DNA of 63,522 nucleotides, the filler included, from Octopus bimaculoides (lineage: Eukaryota), in NCBI RefSeq assembly GCF_001194135.2. It is 5 parts of 5 records of this genome, joined end to end, with 100 filler letters (N's around TTAATTAATTAA, not from the genome) between each part and the next. Parts side by side here need not be neighbours in the genome. Positions count along the whole stretch, not along the records: positions 62,270 to 63,522 come from NC_068998.1; 4 more parts are not named here. The stretch is one strand, 5' to 3'. Positions 62,282-63,522 of this stretch are shown one piece after another (positions within the stretch are counted from its first letter, which is position 1; each line of letters starts with the position of its first letter). A program made the position numbers and the translations under genes. The notes beneath the pieces were generated by a model that made no database searches, had not been told where the DNA came from, and saw nothing but the letters and a program-made list of their open reading frames with translations.

Positions 62282-63361
62282 ATGGGGGATGACATTAGTA
62301 ACTACAGGCCCATAACTCTACTTCACATAGAGTTAAAGATTTTGGCCAAGGTTTTAGCAAAAAGGTTGACGGCTGTCGTGGAGAAGCTTGTGGGGAAGGC
62401 CCAGACTTGTGCAATTTCAGGCAGGTCGATCCAAGACAATCTTCACCTTCTCCGCTACACCTTAGACAGGGTAGGGAAAATACCTGGCAAGGGAGGGGCA
62501 TTGGTCTATTTAGACCAAAGTAAAGCATTCGATAGGGTAGACCACTGGTATCTGGAGGCCGTCCTCGAAGCGGCTGGGCTGGACCCTGGCTTTCGCGGCT
62601 GGATCTCCGCTATGTACTGCGGCATCAAGTCCACCGTCCAGGTAAACGGTTACCTAACGGAGCCGTTTTTGATCGAGCGTTCAGTTCGTCAAGGGTGTCC
62701 CTTGTCCCCGATTCTTTATGTTTTGGCCCTGGAACTATTACTGCGGAGACTGGAGAAGTTAGGTGGCAACCCAGATGAGATTGGATGCGGTAGGTTCTCT
62801 TCTGCTTACGTGAACGACGTCATTCTCATCGTGTCTAACCAAGCACAACTACCTCGTGTAGAAGTTGCTCTCCGACGATACGAAGCGGTGGCAAGAGCAA
62901 AAGTTAACAAGGATAAGTTGGTCGGTTTGCGCCTCAGCACCTGGAGGAACAAGCCGATATTGCTTGAAGTTTGGCTAGGTCCAGACTCCCAAACGGAGAA
63001 GAATTGGAGCAAGGTAGTGCAAAAGGTGGAGGCCTTAGCACGGAAGTTGTCCGGAAGGCCTCTATCCTTGAAGGGCAGCTGGGGTATTTGGATAATCACC
63101 AAAAATCTCTGGACTTCAAAGGAAGGTGAGGCATGTTTTTACTGTACGGTTGCAGTATTGAAAGAGTGTGTTTGGAGAACTAGAACGGAAGGATCAGTAA
63201 CAGGGTCCTTCATCTCTGGCACCGGTTTGCTAACATACTTCAGATATCATCTGAGAAGCAAGATAGGGTTGAAGAGGAAGACCCTCCGGCTGAAAGAATT
63301 CGAAATGGGAAGGATGACTTCCCTTTGCAAATATAGACAGGACACAGATGTGTGTCGATAG
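62282..63361 (+). mobile_element. Tx1/L1-clade LINE reverse transcriptase, degenerate
   Basis: Seen: NYRPITLLHIELKILAKVLAKRL; LDQSKAFDRVDH; RSVRQGCPLSP; catalytic YADD reads YVND. Apparent deletions after WRNKP and LSLKG. Confidence 0.9.
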
Positions 63362-63522
63362 CCAGCTGGAGGAGATGTTCTCCTGGAGCTAAAAGCAACA
63401 GTAACATCCACCCTTAGTGGTCAGCCACATTTAAGTGGCAAATATACTTCACCTCGTCGTGCAGTTACTGTTAATACCTCGTTCAGAGATTTAACATTGC
63501 TTATATATATATATATATATAT

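Noticed and set aside
62282-63361. 359-aa ORF as an active RT or domesticated gene
   Set aside because: The catalytic YADD is mutated to YVND, internal deletions are apparent, and no endonuclease domain is present in the available sequence.

Overview
Repeat-saturated animal genomic DNA. It is not prokaryotic, and there are no CRISPR arrays, rRNA or intact tRNA genes. The SINE and microsatellite repertoire resembles that of octopod cephalopods (inference from recall; no search was run). Four 100-bp spacers (N44-TTAATTAATTAA-N44) split the window into five joined pieces: 1-18400, 18501-45609, 45710-60535, 60636-62169 and 62270-63522. One host gene is well supported: a two-coding-exon, 178-aa uncharacterised multi-pass membrane protein (33170-33424 + 36191-36472, + strand) with His/Asp residues inside its hydrophobic helices. 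Almost everything else is decayed mobile DNA: R4/Dong-like RLE LINEs, Penelope-like elements, RTE, CR1 and Tx1/L1 LINEs, a Gypsy integrase, LTR-like modules, mariner/Tc1/maT fragments, a piggyBac-type MITE, a SAP-domain ORF start and several tRNA-derived SINE families. The most notable structures are (i) a head-to-head palindromic element combining a tRNA-like Pol III head, an (AAT)n tract and a minimal hammerhead ribozyme, inside the host gene's intron (33551-34040); (ii) an R4-like LINE copy flanked by (CATA)n on both sides; (iii) a bipartite SINE whose internal microsatellite has collected up to three LTR-like insertions; (iv) LINE/SINE 3' tail sharing visible within the window; (v) three near-perfect fold-back inverted duplications. 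Most ORFs in the supplied track are microsatellite or N-gap artefacts. Repeat boundaries were placed by eye and are approximate unless a TSD or TIR is quoted.
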